From NCBI RefSeq assembly GCF_001194135.2, contig NC_068990.1, positions 57,630,539 through 57,694,538 on the forward strand: a stretch of 64,000 nt of DNA, written 5' to 3'. The stretch comes from Octopus bimaculoides (Eukaryota). Position 1 is the first letter of the stretch. Each line of letters starts with the position of its first letter. The notes beneath the pieces are model-generated. The model had not been told where the DNA came from, did no database searches, and saw nothing but the letters and a program-made list of their open reading frames with translations. Below, in pieces: positions 37,269-50,860 of the stretch. Position numbers and translations under genes: made by a program.

Positions 37269-38469
37269 GTAAGCATATAGACGCGTTATGGTCAATTTAA
37301 ACGAAAAGCAATCAATCAATTATAGATGACGTCTACTAAAATCAAAACAATTGTGTCTCTCAGGAGTAAGTGTTTGTCAACACTTTCGACGTGCATCACA
37401 TTGATAAAACGAATGAAAGAACTGGTAACTAAATGAAAAAAAAAAGAAGTTCCTTACTGTGTCATACACGATATTTTCTTAAATAAATTATGAACGAACT
37501 ACGAATCTGTATAATTTCTTTGATTCATTTCATCAACCTCTGTTATAACCTTATCTTTTGTCTCTCTTTATATATTATCTTAGCCATTTCACAAGACTGC
37601 AAATAAACATAGAAAAGAAATAAGTATCTTGTGTGTCGTTTGTTTCTCACTAGTTCAGATATTTGAGATAAGAGTAAATAATGTTGAGTTTAATGCATGT
37701 TTAGAGACTGTAAATCACCCAGTTAAACGGATATCTTACAATCAACCAAGACGTCAGTAGTTCGTATTCTACTATCGACACTATACTGAATCCATAGTCA
37801 AAACAATAATTTTATTCGTAAACTAGTTCCCCAAACTTTGAGAGAGTTCTGAGGCTGTGATGTACGTGAACTAGTTGAGTAGGATAAGTGTATTGTGTCT
37901 TCACTGCTGTAATCAGCAGCGGGTCTAGGAAGTTTACAAAAGATCCATTAAATTGCTATCCGGAGTTCCAATTCTTCCCAGTGTAAAATTTAGTTCTGAT
38001 ATAGTGTCGATTAATTCCCTCTCTCAAACATCTCTGGAACTGAAGATTGTTAATGTTGTGGTCAAGTCAGGGAGTCATAACAAAAAGGGAAGTAACTCAA
38101 TATTGCTAGTCATTTAGTTTGGTGCTCTAATGTTTATATAACACAAATAGTCTCATAACTTCTCAATATATCAATTGTAAATCAAATCTCAAGGAAAATG
38201 AGACAGAACACCAGTAGTAATTAAATAACAGCAATCGAAATCTAACATCAAATTACGATAATTATGATATTCAATACGACTTCTTTTTACACACACACAC
38301 AGACACACACACATATGCGCACACATACGTTCATGTAATTGATATTGCAAAATCCTTGATGTGGAACTGCGTTTTGAAGCAGATATTGTTATACTTGGAA
38401 ATGGTCATATTTGCTACTAAATTACTAATAAAATACATTCCCTGTATGTTTGGTCTAAATTTCAGATTT

Positions 38470-40630
38470 CCAATGAACCCGAACGGTGGAGACGCGACGT
38501 GAAGCAAAATTACGATCGGGTCTTTGACAGATCAGGACGGGCGCGTGCTACTCGTCTCCGAACAGATGTNNNNNNNNNNNNNNNNNNNNNNNNNNNNNNN
38601 NNNNNNNNNNNNNNNNNNNNNNNNNNNNNNNNNNNNNNNNNNNNNNNNNNNNNNNNNNNNNNNNNNNNNNNNNNNNNNNNNNNNNNNNNNNNNNNNNNNN
38701 NNNNNNNNNNNNNNNNNNNNNNNNNNNNNNNNNNNNNNNNNNNNNNNNNNNNNNNNNNNNNNNNNNNNNNNNNNNNNNNNNNNNNNNNNNNNNNNNNNNN
38801 NNNNNNNNNNNNNNNNNNNNNNNNNNNNNNNNNNNNNNNNNNNNNNNNNNNNNNNNNNNNNNNNNNNNNNNNNNNNNNNNNNNNNNNNNNNNNNNNNNNN
38901 NNNNNNNNNNNNNNNNNNNNNNNNNNNNNNNNNNNNGCCTCTTCTGTACGTATTGGTACTCGAGCCACTGCTGCGGTAGTTGGAACAGTTAAGGAGATTC
39001 CCTTTCGCACTGCGACACGGAAGAGCAATTTCGGCGTATGCGGAGGGCGTCACCGCCATGATCAAATGCCGCCATCATGGTCGGAGGCGTCTGACTGTCG
39101 CCTTCGTCGGACACCTCCGAAGTGGAGACGGTCGGCGCCATTCTAGAGGAATATGAGTTGGCTGCACGAGCTAAAATCAACGCCGACAGATCGGTGGGTT
39201 GGGCTTCTGGAGATGCAGGTCGAGACCATCGGACAGCGTCGTCGTACGCTGAACCGACGGACCAGTTAAACTGCTTGTGATCTGGTTTGGACCCGATCTT
39301 TAGTTAGATAAGAACTGGGACGAGATGACAAACAGGGTGACCAGTCTTACTCAGAAATGGGCTAAGAGGAAGTTGTCCCTGAAAGGTCAGGCAAAGGTGG
39401 TGAATGTCTACATTGTCTCACTTATCATTTATCGCCTGACCGTCATGCCTTGTCTCGGTTACTGTTTGACCAAGTTGGAGCGTCTCTTATTTAATTTCTT
39501 TTGGAAAGTACGCGTTCCAATGGTCAGGCGGTCAATCTGCTGCCAGCACCCTCTGAGTGGCGGATTAAGTATGCCGCAACTTCTAACGCGCATACACGCT
39601 TAGGTTGCGCAACCTGCAATGATTTCTGGGCGGCGTTTGTGAGGAACGTCTTACTTCAGCTCGTTTCCTTAACGGAGCTGCAGTCCTGAGACTGGGCGCC
39701 TGACACCTAAAATTTCATCAGTCGCACACAGCCCTCTACCAGTCGGGCAATGGGATCGGTGGATGTTCCGCTCTAGCAATTTATAGAAGATTAGTGGCGG
39801 GGAAGTAAGGTGACGTTCTCGGGGAGACTGGGCGTCGACGAAAACGAACTGGCCAGTCTGTTCCGGAGGACTTTCCGATCAGGAACTATCATGAATAACT
39901 TCCAGATGTCCTTGACCTGGCAGTACTACCAGGGGCGCTAAGGCTTCAAGATAAACTCTACAGGCACGGATGTGCTGTCAGACGGGCTTGACCGAGGTGA
40001 GCGCAGAGTGACGAAACCGTTCTGCATGCACTCGTTCAGTGTCCGGGCAATGCTGACTTGTGAGGTTATGTCGTCACGTGTGGGACGTATCTGTCTATTT
40101 CCCGAGTCCATAGTGATGATTGCCTCGCCGCCCTCCTTTAATTGGTTAAGCAAGGCAGTTTTCCTTTTCCTAGCGACTGTGGCAAAAAAGGTTGTCTGAA
40201 GGACGAGGCTGGTAGGTTTAAGGTAGAGGTCACATTGAATTCTTCAAGGAAATTTATGATGGCGACGAAGGTGGTATCCTCAAGTGAGTTTATTGAATGA
40301 AGGGTGAACGTTACGAAAATAGCAAGAGTGGATTGTATCTCTCTAAGTGTAAACCTGCAAGTCGGAGAAAGGGAATTGGAGAGAGCACTTGCCTTAGGTG
40401 TTCATGAAGATCTTGGACAATGTGGTTTTTCGATTATCTCTAGAGGTCATCCCGTATCAAGAGGACTATATTTCTATCATTCCCCCCATTTTTAAACCTT
40501 TGTATACTATGTATATTTCCCTTAACCTTTTTAGACTATTTATTTATATATTTTATCAATTCATTATGTGCAAACGCCTACACTTTGGTATTGCGCCCAG
40601 CTCATCCTTCGCCCTGGAGGCAAAAAAATG
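38470..40630 (+). mobile_element. Tx1/L1-clade LINE, RT C-terminal half plus 3' UTR, decayed (gap 38570-38936)
   Basis: PLLYVLVLEPLLR, ISAYAEG (YADD-like), KLLVIWFG, WAKRKLSLKGQAKVVN...LFNFFWK...GGLSMP, CCHC-like DETVLHALVQCP, short poly(A) at ~40622. Inclusion of 38470-38569 is inferred from GC content only. Confidence 0.85.
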
Positions 40631-40658
40631 AAATCATTATTATTATTATTATTATTAT

Positions 40659-40870
40659 TGGCAGAATCGTTTGCATGCCGGGCGAAATAAATGCTTAGCA
40701 GTATTTCGTCTGCCGTTACATTCGGAGTTCAAATTCCGAAGAGGTCGACTTTACCATTCATCCTTTCGGGATCGATAAATTAAGCACCAGTGAAACACTG
40801 GGATCGATGTAATCGACAAGTCCCCTCCCACCAAATTTCAGGCCCCTTGTGCCCATTAGTAGAAAGAGTT
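40659..40870 (+). mobile_element. SINE family B
   Basis: ggcagaatcgtttgcatgccgggcgaaa...gaggtcgacttt...ggccccttgtgccc. Confidence 0.9.
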
Positions 40871-40871
40871 A

Positions 40872-40897
40872 TCGTAATTATTATTATTATTATTATT

Positions 40898-40944
<47 letters not shown>

Positions 40945-40971
40945 TATTGTTATTATTATTACTATTATTAC

Positions 40972-41020
<49 letters not shown>
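40872..41020. repeat. (ATT)n/(CAT)n compound microsatellite at the SINE B tail
   Basis: Directly visible. Confidence 0.95.
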
Positions 41021-41914
41021 CCAACGATGTAAATTTTTTTTTTAATGAATTGACCTAAAATAGTCGAATCATGATAAAGTCACGAGAGTAATAAAAATGA
41101 CTTCCTACGTATTCAGTAATAGTCAGTTTAGTTTCGTTTTATTTTGTAATACAATAATATACTATTAAGTAAGTAACTGTAAAAATATACGATATTATTG
41201 CAAATAAAAGAAAACTGAATATAGCAATAAACGCGTGTATCTGATATAACTACTATGACAGTACAATGATGCAGTATATATATATATGGGTGTATGTACA
41301 TATGTAAGTATGCCTGTATGTATCTTGTATGTATAAAGGTATAAATATATTTATGTATGTATATACCCTACGTAATATGTTTTCGTGCGTTTGTCAGTGT
41401 CTGTGCGTGTAGGTCGGTATATGTAACTGTTTCCAAAAACTTGTACTTCGACAACAACAACAACAAAAAAAACAACAGCATCAACAACAACAACGACGAC
41501 CACGACTACGACCACGACAACGACAACAGCAATATAATCAGCTCTAATACATAAATTGCATGCTGGTCATGCTCAGCTTTGTAGTTTTACTACATCAGTA
41601 GAAGATATATGTCTATCGTTTTGTAACTTCACTGTCAGCAGCATGTTTTTATTTCCGCCATTGGGAGCCAAGCGAGATCTTTCATTTGAATCGATTTATT
41701 TATGTGACAACTAAAGATAAAAACGATTTCCCATAGTTCGCGGCAGCCTCGATAAAATTGTGTTGAAAGACTTTCTAAATGTTTCCAATTGCTTTTGCTA
41801 CCACGGAACTGTTTATACTTCTTTTTTATCTTTCTTATACCATGCTGCTATATTATGTAGCAGGTACAGTTATAGGTATTTATTTAAGAATGGTCTTATA
41901 TCCTTGAACTTACA

Positions 41915-42098
41915 TGTATGTATTTTCGTATGTATGTATGTATGTATGTATGTATGTATGTATGTATGTATGTATGTATTTATGTATTTATGTATGTATG
42001 TATGCATGAATTATGTATGTATGTATTTATGTATGTATGTATGCATGTATTATGTATGTATGTATTTATGTATGTATGTATGCATGTATTATGTATGC

Positions 42099-42125
<27 letters not shown>
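41915..42125. repeat. (TATG)n field with a higher-order repeat of ~35-36 bp
   Basis: Recurrent ttatgtatgtatgtatttatgtatgtatgtatgcatg. Confidence 0.9.
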
Positions 42126-42130
<5 letters not shown>

Positions 42131-42359
42131 GTGCATATATGCATGTATGTCTGTGAATATTTCTATTTGTGTGTGTATATATACATACATACATGCGCAC
42201 ACTGCTGGTATTTTCACTTTAACATATGACTTAAGTCGTTTTCGTTTCCATTTAAGTATATATGTATGTGTATGAGTATGTATGTGTGCTTGTTTGTATG
42301 CCTGTTAATATACATATATGTATATAGATATGTGTGTGTGTGTGTACGTATATATATTC

Positions 42360-42763
42360 TTTCTTTTCTTTTACTTGTTTCAGTCATTTGACTGCTGCCA
42401 TGCTGGAGCACCGCCTTTAGTCGAATCAAATCGACCCCAGGACATATTCTTTGTAAGCCTAGTACTTATTCTATCGGTCTCTTTTTGCCGAACCGCTAAG
42501 TTACGGGGACCTAAACACACCAGCATCGGTTGTCAAGCGATGTTGGGGGGACAAACACAGATACACAACATATACACACATACATATATATATACATATA
42601 CATATGACGGGCTTCTTTCAGTTTCCGTCTACCAAATCCACTCACTAGGCTTTGGTCGGCCCGCGGCTATAGTAGAAGACACTTGCCTAATGTGCCACGC
42701 AGTGGGACTGAACCCGGAACCATGTGGTTGGTAAGCATGCTACTTACCACACAGCCACTCCTG
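42360..42763 (-). mobile_element. SINE family A, full length
   Basis: Reverse complement of 11246-11774 along its whole length. Confidence 0.93.
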
Positions 42764-42820
42764 ATATATATATATATATATATACACATACATACATACA
42801 TATATACATACACAAATACA

Positions 42821-43420
42821 GTCCCTCAGGAGGGTGTCTTGGGCCCGCTTCTGTTTATAATGTATATAAACGACTTTTTCAGCGTCATAAAACACAGCAA
42901 AATGAAAATATTTGCTTATAACTCCATGCTCCAGAAAATTATCAATGAAGAAAACCGAACTGAACTCCAGTCTGACGTGCATGCTGTAAGTCAATGGGAA
43001 AACAAAAACAAAATGCAACTAAGCAAGAGAAAATTTGAGCTGATACATTTTGGAAGAAAGACTATGCTAAATCAGCCATACTCTCTTCCTTCAGGGGAAC
43101 CACTCGCAGCATCTAATAATATGAGAGACCTAGGAGTAACTGTTGAAAACAATATTAGCTGGAGTGTCCACATCAACAATAAGGTCGATATAACTTGTAG
43201 GATGAGCTCCTGGATCCGAAGAACCTTCGGTCCAGAGAACAAGATGTCATCATTCTTCTTTTCTCCTCTTTTGTACGGACACACCTAGAATACTGCTGTT
43301 CCCTGTGGTCCCCCGCCATACAAAACAAAACATTTCGAAAACTGAATCACTCCAGAGGAAATTCACCAAAAGATCTCAATTTTTGTGACCTCCTTAAAGC
43401 ATTGAAATTCTGTTCTCTCT
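42821..43420 (+). mobile_element. CR1-like LINE RT fragment, 5'-truncated
   Basis: VPQEGVLGPLLFIMYINDF...KIFAYNS (FADD-like)...LQSD...W...NKMQL..KFELIHFG...MRDLGV..HI, then LEYCCSLWSP. Confidence 0.88.
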
Positions 43421-43703
43421 AGGTAAAAGCTCAATTAAAATCAATTTATTAAAAATTAAAATTAAATTAAGTTTCACAGTATTAAATATATATATATATA
43501 NNNNNNNNNNNNNNNNNNNNNNNNNNNNNNNNNNNNNNNNNNNNNNNNNNNNNNNNNNNNNNNNNNNNNNNNNNNNNNNNNNNNNNNNNNNNNNNNNNNN
43601 NNNNNNNNNNNNNNNNNNNNNNNNNNNNNNNNNNNNNNNNNNNNNNNNNNNNNNNNNNNNNNNNNNNNNNNNNNNNNNNNNNNNNNNNNNNNNNNNNNNN
43701 NNN

Positions 43704-43800
43704 GGCTCGAAACGTAAAAGACTTTCTCACTTCCCGAGCGTTAAACTAATACGTCTGTTTGTTGTTTACACACCCGTCTTCGTCTTTTTTTTTTGTAAAT
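43704..43800 (+). mobile_element. Possible Penelope-like pLTR fragment
   Basis: ggctcgaaacgtaaaagactttctc...gagcgttaaactaa is homologous to 54040-54090; CGAAAC could be the 3' half of a hammerhead core whose 5' half lies in the gap. Confidence 0.35.
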
Positions 43801-43802
43801 TC

Positions 43803-43843
<41 letters not shown>

Positions 43844-45484
43844 TATTTCCAGCAATGGCTCTGACGAAGGTATCATTAATGTTGTTAGATCTTTGAATTT
43901 ACCTCAATTGATCAATAGCTCAATCAAGTAAACCTATCTATAATGACAACTGAAAACAACTGTAAGCCAAATTTGCACTAACAAAGGAGTTATATGTAAG
44001 TTATATGTGTGTGTGTATGTACATATGTTCATGTATGTGTGTGTTTATGTGTGTGTGTGCGCGTGCGTGTGAAATATAATAAGCAATAGTAAGCGCTATC
44101 GATAACTTAACCGTACATAGGAATATGTTTTTATTTAATTTATATATGATTTGTCTTAAGAGTCTCTGAGTGTGCGTAATAATAGTTTGTTCCGTACAGC
44201 GTAAGGCGTTTTGTCATATTTCTAAATCTTCAAATTTTAAACTTTGTAGAATTTGCAGGATAATTCCCTAACATATTTATTTTCCAAGGCCATTGCTCGT
44301 TTGGTCACCTAAGTTAGGAAACACCTGAGAGCAATAGAACTTTTACAGAAAGTAGAAAATCTAACGTTAAACTTTTCAGTTATTAGATTTATATTTTTAC
44401 TTATTTTATTTATCTATTTATTTTTGTTCAAGAATTCGAATCCTACTAATGTTGATGCTTTCCTTCCATCAACCTCTCTGTCTAGTAGCGATGCTAGATC
44501 CCAATGCTAAAACTTTGCTCTACAGCAGTTTTCAAGCTATCGCTGCAATGTAAAGCTAAGCGTCCATGATAACTTTTACATTATATTTTGTGATTATCCT
44601 ACAGAAATTTCAAAGCTTTCCAGTCTTCATTACTTTATAATATAGCCTAATGGATAAAGTATTTGACTGCATGCTTGCGGGTCATGAATTCAGATATACC
44701 TCTAACATCAGTTGATACTTTATTTTACAGTTTCTTCGTTCATCTAGCCACCGGGAATTACTATCAGATCATTTAGGAATATTATATTCAGATAGAATTA
44801 GCCAGTAGCAATCATCTCTGCCAAGATTGCCATTGAACTCGGGTTTTTTTTTTTATTACATTTTGCAAGTGCTGGCTCTGAAGCAAAATCCCTTGCACAC
44901 TAATTGCATCGCATATAAGTATCTGCTAGCAAATGGATATTTTCCTTTAATTGGGAGGAATCTACACTACTTAACAATGAGATAGTACCTGTTCTGGCCC
45001 TGGTTTTCTATATATCGCTAGCGGAGAGATGAGTCGCTGCTATCTCTAGCGGTCGAGCATCTATCAACCAATGAGATCAAAGAAGATCGAAATCACGTTA
45101 CCCGGTGGTCTCAATGCTGGAGTTGGCGGGGAGTTATCTCCCCACTGGCAATATAAACAAACAAGCGTGCATTCTGTCCCAAAAAACTACATATATGAGA
45201 GTTTCTCTCATGGTAAATACCACAATAAAGTTTGTTCTAACAGAACATTCACATTTAAGTGGTAATAAATATTACATAAGAATAAGATATTAAGGTTGAT
45301 TTAACTGTTTGAACATTTTTGCCAACACATTTTTTGCGAAGTAGAAAAAAAAATAAGATTCACCTTGTGTTTTGAAGTTTCATTAGAACGATGTCAACAC
45401 ATATCTGAGGGTATATGTCTTAACGTGAACACCTATAGCTGTCGATACATGCGAATGTCGAAAGATTGTTGTATAATGTTGGTT

Positions 45485-45700
45485 TCAAATTACGGCACAA
45501 GGCCAGCAAGTTTGTAGTAGGAGAGGTTAGTGGATTACACTGAGCGCCAGCGTTCAGCTGGTACTTAATTCATCGACCGCGAAAGGATGAAAAGGCAAAA
45601 TCGATCTTGGCGGAATTTCAACTCAGAATGTAATGACGGCCGAAATGCCGCTAAGTATTAGGCCCAGCGTGTTAATGTCCCTTCTACCAGTTCAGTACCT
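45485..45700 (-). mobile_element. SINE family B
   Basis: ggcacaaggccagcaa...ggtacttaattcatcgacc...cggaatttcaactcagaatg. Confidence 0.88.
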
Positions 45701-46391
45701 TTGGTTGTATAAATATCATCAAACAAATATATAAGAATTTAGAGAATATTTAGTTATAAATATTTGTGATAGGGTTATTCATGATCTAAAGAAGTGCCAA
45801 AACAATTATTTCTTACATTTTTATTGATTTTATATCGCAATCGATGAACAATAACGTCGTCATTTACAGGTTCCAGAGTGATCCACACTTGACATACTTC
45901 AGACGGTGCATATTTTGGCGGTAATAAATCTGTTCTTGTAAAGACCTTCATTTGTACAGTACCTGTTTTCCATCGATGCAAGCACCCTTAGCCGATACAA
46001 AATGCCAAAAGATGTACAACATTATGTACACACACAATACACACATGCACACACATGCGTACACACACATACACAGGTATACACACTCTCATGAGAACAC
46101 AGACGCACACGAGCACAAAAGCAAGAGTATGTTTTCGATGGAGCAACAAGGCTCCAACTTAAATATATAAGTCAATACCAAACCAAGATATAAATGTAAT
46201 GCTTTTATTACACACTCGTATACCACAACATAATCGAGTGTGAGTTAATAGCATGTGCGATGTTTTCGTCAATTGCTTCAGGTGACCATATAGTCACAAG
46301 AAAACATACTAACCTTTTCAACTTTTCTGCGTTTTTTCAGTGTGTTGTGTTTTCTTCATGTGTTTGACTTCTCGTTACTTTGTGTGCATCA

Positions 46392-46394
<3 letters not shown>

Positions 46395-46475
<81 letters not shown>

Positions 46476-46783
46476 TTCATATAAAGGGCATTATTACAGA
46501 AAAATAATAACGCCACACAGTGGACTTCTCAAAATAACCACATTTAGTACCTAATGCGAGGAAAAACAACCAACGAATAATTATATTCTTGGGAATAGAA
46601 ATTTCCCTTATGAATTTTTTTACACACTGGCTTTTTGATAAAATTCTTGTAAAAGAGTTTTATCCCTTTTTGAATATATATACATATATACATATGTATG
46701 TATATATAAATACATATATATATATAAATATATGCATATACACACACATACACACACACATATATAAAGAGAGTGAGAGAAGG

Positions 46784-46830
<47 letters not shown>

Positions 46831-46856
46831 TAGATAGGTAGATAGATACGCGCGCG

Positions 46857-46895
<39 letters not shown>

Positions 46896-46900
46896 GTATA
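46395..46900. repeat. (TA)n, (GACA)n/(GATA)n and (CA)n microsatellites
   Basis: Directly visible at 46395-46450 and 46670-46900. Confidence 0.85.
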
Positions 46901-48119
46901 TATAAGACGGACATCCTAGCAGTTTGACGGCTATATTTATTTAATTCTACTACATTCAAGCTGTGCTAGAAGTCACTAGTCCAAACTGTCGCACAATGGA
47001 ATCGAACGTGGGATTACGTGGTTGCAAAGTTAACATCCTGACCATACAGTCATTGATGCGGTAACTCTTGCGCTATAATCGATGTCAGTTCTGATTAGCC
47101 TTTACTTTTCTCATTGTACTGAGTATGTGACAGGCACCTGCAAGACAGAAGCTGGTCCTTTACGCCCCTGATTTTCCCCTTACAGATTCATTCTGACTGC
47201 ACAACATGATGGTGCTGACACCTATCCTCTTAAAAACCATCTACATCTGTGTGGGTGTTTGTGTGATTGCATGTGTATGTATCTTTGCATTAGTCTCTAT
47301 GAATGTATCTGTGTGTGTGATTGTTTTTGTGCAATCGTGTATTTGCATGCGTGTATTAGTATAAACGTTTGTGCATTTTGTGTTAGTGTATATGATGATG
47401 TGTGACCCTAGAATATGAATCTATAGAGGTAACAGTTGATGTATAAGATTAATTATTTTATTGTTTATGATAAAGAGTGGAAGACATGAGAGAATTAAGA
47501 GAAAGCTGATTTGCAATTAGTGTTAGAGTACTGTTGATAAACATAAACTCATTTGTTGTCGTATCTTTATCGTCATTTCGGTTGTTCTTAAAACGAGCAT
47601 ACTCCATTTAATATAGCTAGCCAATCAATTACGAACACTTGTGGATAATTTCTCGTATTATAACCGCCGTAAAATTTGATATGTAATTATATTTTTATCA
47701 CATTTCCCCTTCGCTAATATCATGGCTTTAGCTTAGTTGTGCTAAAACTCTCGTTGTATAGTTGCCTAAATATATACGAAATATTAAGCTTGCATAATTA
47801 TTGTCGGTCTTCCCACTACACTGATAAAACGAACAATGTATCTTTGAAACATTTCAGCTGCTCTTTATATATAAATAATTGCCTTTATTCAACTAATGCA
47901 TGTATAGATTTAATTTCCTATCACCTGGCAGCTGTAGCTACATAATTACTTACATCAGAATTGTTTTACCTGTAAACTTTCTGCTTGAGATTGCCATATT
48001 ACTTTCCATACACATTATTAGTTATATTGAGAATGTTAATATTACGCAGAGAACCATTTGTGCTTTTAATATGGGTAGACCGTCGAACAAAATGTCTTAC
48101 TGTATTTATTTCATATCTT

Positions 48120-48800
48120 TACTTTCTAAGTTCAAATACCGAGATTTCAAGCTGTATGCCTCGCCTTTACAGGGTAGGTTAAATAAAGTACCTGTCAAAT
48201 ACTGGGGTCGATTTAAGCAACTGTTTCCTTTCCTGAAATTCAATATTCCCTTTCGTGGATTGTGCTTGCATAAACAATTAGTATTTTAACAAAGAAATGA
48301 TGGGAATTGACGTATCTGTTATCACGACAAATACCTTGCGGTATTTGCTTCACTGATATCGTTTTGAGTTCAAATCCTAGAAAGTTGGCTGCCCTTTTAA
48401 ACAGGGGGCGATAAAATAATGTACTAAATATTTTTATTTTCTGCCAATGCTAGAAATGTTCCAATAAGGAAAACGATGGTGGATTAGCAGAACCGCAACA
48501 GTGTCAGACAAAATAACTTGCTCGTTTTAGATTTACTCCTTTACGATCTGAGTTCAAATCCTAACAAAGTTTCTTTTGCCTTTACACCTTCTAGGTCCTA
48601 TAAAGATAAAATATTATACATAGTCATATAGGAGGACAGAGACCGATATAATCGATTGTCTTCTCTCTTTAAAATTTGGTGTTCCCTCTAAAATTTAAGA
48701 GGTGGATGGTAGTTTCATCTCACTCATTCCTGAATTCCAATCTCATCGCATTTGAGTTTTCCTTTCACGATTCTAAGGTCGATAAATCCAGTAAGATTAG
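48120..48800 (+). mobile_element. Cluster of 4-5 old SINE family B fragments, same orientation
   Basis: Recurrent (tct)gagttcaaatcc...gataaa motifs near 48125, 48365, 48550 and 48740. Confidence 0.6.
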
Positions 48801-49340
48801 TTGTTGCTTAGGTCTAGGTCAGCCTTGATCATGAAAACCTAGTACAAAGGCATTACAATCGTGACCATCGCATTATTTTGTGCACGGAAACTAAAGTCAC
48901 ATTATTCAATGTCAGTGGTGTATAATTTGAGGGAGATGTGGCTAGTATTTCTATTAAGTCGAGAAACCCCGTATAGGTTCCTTGGTTGGATAGATTCAAT
49001 ATCAGTAATATACTATAAACAATTCAAACAGCCAGGAATTCTCGAAACATTTAATATATCATTTTACGAATGTATGTCTTTGAACCAACGCAAAGTTCAT
49101 TATTCTCAATATAAAAATTAGATTTTATTGTTATTCCAGTAATAATGTTGAGTATCTAACAAAAAACAAAACGAAAAAATAATTGGCGATTTTTGCAAGT
49201 CACGTTGCTTCAATAAGCTTGACAACAGAAAATGGTTTTAAAATTAACATTTCTCAACAAAAGATAGATTAGTATAGTCAACTATTTTCCTCTGTTAAGG
49301 GTAATGAAATTTTGAATGGATACATCTGCTTTCTGCTGTA

Positions 49341-49554
49341 CAGTAATCCCTCGCCATATCGCGGTTCACCTATTGCAGTTTATTATTTAACCTTACGTCT
49401 ATTTCTCCGTGTTGTTGTTTTGCCTTTATAATAGAAGTATATGCAAATTATAAAAATAATCTTAAAAAATTATACAGTACTGTTTCTACTTCGCGGATTT
49501 TCACCTATCACGGGGGGGGGGAGCGTAACACCCACGATAGTCGCGGAATTACTG
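49341..49554. mobile_element. Pogo/Tigger-like MITE
   Basis: TA-CAGTAATCCCTCG...CGCGGAATTACTG-TA: inverted termini starting CAGT with a TA duplication. Confidence 0.75.
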
Positions 49555-50078
49555 TAAAAGTGTAAACAAAATATAAAGTTATTAAATAACTGAAATTCTA
49601 TAGAGAGTATAAGTGCAACTAATTTTGCGCATTCGTGTTGAGTTCAAATTCGGCCGGCATAGATCTCACTTTTTACCTCTTACAACAACAAACTTACACA
49701 TAGACTCCTACGATAATTATTGGTCTTTGTGTAAGATTTTGTACCAGTATAAGGAAGTAGTTAAGTCAGCACCGAATAAGGAGAGCTTACTTCATCGTCA
49801 TTTGAAAGAAAATAAGTAAAAATTTAAACTGGAATTCGTAAATTCCAAATGAAATTTTCTATTTACCTCGCCTATGCTCAGCTGAATTAAATAACATTTT
49901 ATCACAAACCAACATAGGGAAACACAATAGACTCACTCAAACTGCTAAAATCGCAGCGAAATCAAACTCAAAGCAGACTCTTTCGATTTTCAAGCAAGAA
50001 CGAAACATTCAACTGATGTAGCCATAGACGTATTGCTTGTGTTGCATCCTTCTTTTCGTCTCTCTCTATCTCTCTCTC

Positions 50079-50110
<32 letters not shown>

Positions 50111-50689
50111 ACACCCTTTCTCTCATATTCATACGCACACACATACACACAGACTCATACACGTACACACAAACATACAAATGGAATGAAGGCATTCAAT
50201 ACAAAATGTACTGCGTATTTTTTAAATATATTTCTCTGGTGCCTTTGCAAGTAAATTTTATATTTAAAAATGTTCTCCTTCATAAACATCCTACACTTTT
50301 TAGTACTGACTGAGGATTAACGCTGATATATATCAATATGCATCTGTCCTACGAAACCATCGGTATGAATTCCATTAGATATCCGAACATACGTGCACAC
50401 ATACATACGCACACAAATACATCATCATCATCGTCATCGTCGTTGTTGTCGTCATCGTCGTTGTTGTCGTCATCGTCGTCATCGGTTTGAGCCTGTTCAG
50501 ATTCGCGTTACCCTGACCACCCACTCATCTCTATGCTCCATACTATGCTTGACAATTCCTCTTCGTGGCATATAGTATCGTGTGTTGTTGACTGATCGAC
50601 ATATATCTCCATAGAACTTTTAATACGATTACGACTATTTCGAGGATACCAACGTAGTTGGTTACTACCCAGATCCTTCTTTCTTCTCT

Positions 50690-50860
50690 AGCAGTGTCCG
50701 GAAAACCGCAAAGAAAATTATATACATATATGACAATCTATGAATACTGAAGAGTCTGAAGTCAACGGAGTAATTTCAAGCGATGGAAGGGCCACTTCCA
50801 GAATCTCTTGGAAAAACCTATAATTATTAACCACAGACCTACAAACCTATAGAAAATTTC
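50690..50860 (+). mobile_element. RTE-like LINE fragment (inter-domain region)
   Basis: KRWKGHFQNLL matches the RWxEHFxxLL motif upstream of RTE RT domains. Confidence 0.45.

Noticed and set aside
37740-38110. Possible CR1 endonuclease relic on the minus strand
   Set aside because: Only a faint HNTLILL (NTLDL-like) resemblance, too weak to call.
38499-39146. Long ORFs containing X runs (also 11164-11662, 13034-13479, 15792-16177, 25403-25757, 43482-43730)
   Set aside because: Their length comes from N gaps.
40790-41058. Poly-Ile / poly-His-Tyr ORFs
   Set aside because: Translation of the (ATT)n(CAT)n SINE tail.
50420-50485. HHHRHRRCCRHRRCC peptide resembling a metal-binding or protamine-like repeat
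   Set aside because: It derives from a CAT/CGT/TGT trinucleotide repeat after a CA tract, with no gene structure.
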